Assembly (NCBI RefSeq): GCF_001194135.2
Contig: NC_068982.1
Span: 140,338,498 to 140,373,546, forward strand
Direction: 5' to 3'
From: Octopus bimaculoides
Taxonomy: Eukaryota
DNA length: 35,049 nucleotides
Shown here: positions 32,827 through 35,049 of the stretch, one piece after another
Position numbering within the stretch: the first letter of the stretch is position 1
Layout: each line of letters starts with the position of its first letter
The notes under the pieces: model-generated
The model's database searches: none
The model's input: the letters and a program-made list of their open reading frames with translations, nothing else
Told to the model about the DNA's origin: nothing
Position numbers and translations under genes: made by a program

Positions 32827-34775
32827 GTAGACATGCTTGTATTACTACATGCTGCTGTTTCGAAATTATATAGAAACCGCTCCGTTTGTAGACCCAAATC
32901 AGCCGTCTTCTTTGCTTTATTAAATAAAGAATGATTTTAGTTGTAAATGAAACCGAGTGGTGATTTATTCGGTTTGTAAGATAACGGCGGCGTGGTATGT
33001 TGTTTAGTAAAGTACTTTCTGTATATTTCTAGGAAACATACTAAATGCAAACATTTTATGATGATTGTGTCATCTCAGGGGAAAAATATAAATATTTTCT
33101 ATGTTATTGAAGTGAATAATTTTTACATTCATATTGAAAATTGTATATCACTTCAGTAATTTTAATTTCATGTCGAATAATTATATACAAAGTTACTTTT
33201 ATTTGATATGATGTAGTGGAGGTAACTCGGCGTTACCGATGCTGCATGATATATTTATGATTTTGTATTAAATTTGATTTGATAATAATTTGATTGAAAT
33301 AATAATTTTGTAAACGTTTTATGATCGTTTTGTGTGAGGCACGTCTTCAAGTGATGTACATTTAAATTTAAATATAATTCTTTATTAAACAGAAAGTAGG
33401 TACTGTTTTGATATTGCATGATTAAACGAATATATTTTTGTGTTCATTATTGATATTTTCCATTACAATCGCTGATATTCTACACACGCAAATATTGTTT
33501 CCATTTTCGAATGTTTTGCCATTTTGTTAATTTCTCTCATGACCAGCATATCTCAAATAATCGTTCTAAATGCACGTGAAAGCTGTCATATAATCATATA
33601 TAATAATTGATATTACTGTTTTGAGACCAGTCAGTGGTATGGGGTGTAACACCTACACAGATTTCTCTTTTGGAATATGAGAACAGTGCTTTCCTGTCTT
33701 GATTACAGTCAGACGCCTGGACACCAATACATCTACAAACACGCATACACACACACATACACACACATACACACACGCACACACACATAGAGACGGACTC
33801 ACGCACCCACATTAATATATAAAAATGTACACATCTACAAATGCTGCTCTAGCATATTTTATGTATAAACAGATAACATGAATAAAATACGCAGCAAAAC
33901 TAAAAATACATAAACGTATGATTAAATTCCACTCCATATTTCTGTACGATAATTATTGAAAGGAAACAACAGAACAACATGTATTTTCATTTGAATTTCA
34001 TTTAATATTCCTCCTGAAGCTTAGATGGATTTTTGGATCAATCATTGATTTGCATCTCATGTCGTATATTACTACAAGTTTTGACACGACGATATCGTCA
34101 ACTAAACCCACATCTCTTATATACACTCTGTGTCGAATAACTAGAAGTGAGTTTATGCATATAGACATTGTGCTTTAATATCGTCGATGAGCCTTTCCTT
34201 CCTCTTATAATGTTTACAATTATATTCCAAGCAATTTTCTCAATAAATATATTGCAAAATGCGTTCAATATTTAGCGTGATGTTAATGTAAATAATAATA
34301 CGCTGAAATAAACGCTGTTTCGTTCCACAGCATTTAGATAATAACTTCTCAGGAGACATATTAATTTTACAGGGATTCTTCGAAATTTGTTCTCCATTAC
34401 AAATTGATAGAGGGGCGTTCTTTATTAATTCAATGGACAATGTGTGATAGGATAAGCTTGCATTATTTACACAAATAAGAATGAATTTGTCGGTTGCCTC
34501 CCAAGTCGTATATTACAACAAACAAAAGTAACTAGTTAACTGATATTTACAAAACCAGCATAAGACATATCGTTCAAAAAATAATCCTACATCCTCATTA
34601 AAACCAATCACTGCATGTTCTAGAAATAGTAGCTTTAGTATTTTAAATATGAATATACTATTTTAAATATCAACTCATAAATAGCTTCTGTAAACTAATG
34701 AAAAATCCGTCTGGTCCTAACGAAAATTCTTCTTCGTCAACATTATCCTTGGACAAAGCTACTGCAGCGGAAGCA

Positions 34776-34814
34776 CCATCATCGTCATCGTCGTTGTCCT
34801 CGTCGTCGTCGTCG

Positions 34815-34858
<44 letters not shown>

Positions 34859-34953
34859 GTCATCATAATCATCATCATCATCATCGTTATCACGGTCGTC
34901 GTCATCATCATCATAAACAAATTACTACCACCACCACCTCCACAACAACAACA
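34776..34953 (+). repeat. Compound trinucleotide microsatellite (ATC/GTC/CCA/ACA)n
   Basis: Direct reading; explains the poly-Met/Thr ORF 34759-34962. Confidence 0.95.
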
Positions 34954-35049
34954 ACTAGACACATTATGAATTCATTAGTTACATTATACATGCATAAAGA
35001 AAAATATTTATACATGCATACACGTGTATAATATATACATATATATATA

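Overview
AT-rich, repeat-dominated animal genomic DNA from a gapped scaffold (seven N-runs). The SINE families and (TA)n/(CA)n density resemble my recollection of octopus genomes; I cannot confirm the species. No intact host protein-coding exon was recognised; every ORF with identifiable homology is a decayed transposon fragment. Contents: a minus-strand Gypsy LTR element (13546-17525; two LTRs, tRNA-Pro PBS, PPT, gag-CCHC, protease, then integrase directly, with RT/RNaseH missing), several restriction-like-endonuclease (RLE) non-LTR fragments (R4/Dong-like, HERO/NeSL-like), an RTE-type LINE 3' end, about ten tRNA-derived SINE copies, TA-flanked MITEs and many microsatellites. Most interesting: a head-to-head palindrome with a tRNA-like head and two Penelope-type minimal hammerhead motifs (5184-5571), a promoter-like motif cluster pointing into an assembly gap (about 8065-8243), a 160-bp foldback whose loop matches the neighbouring LTR, and an unexplained CpG-rich patch with a 42-bp tandem array (about 30040-30426). 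All alignments were done by eye.
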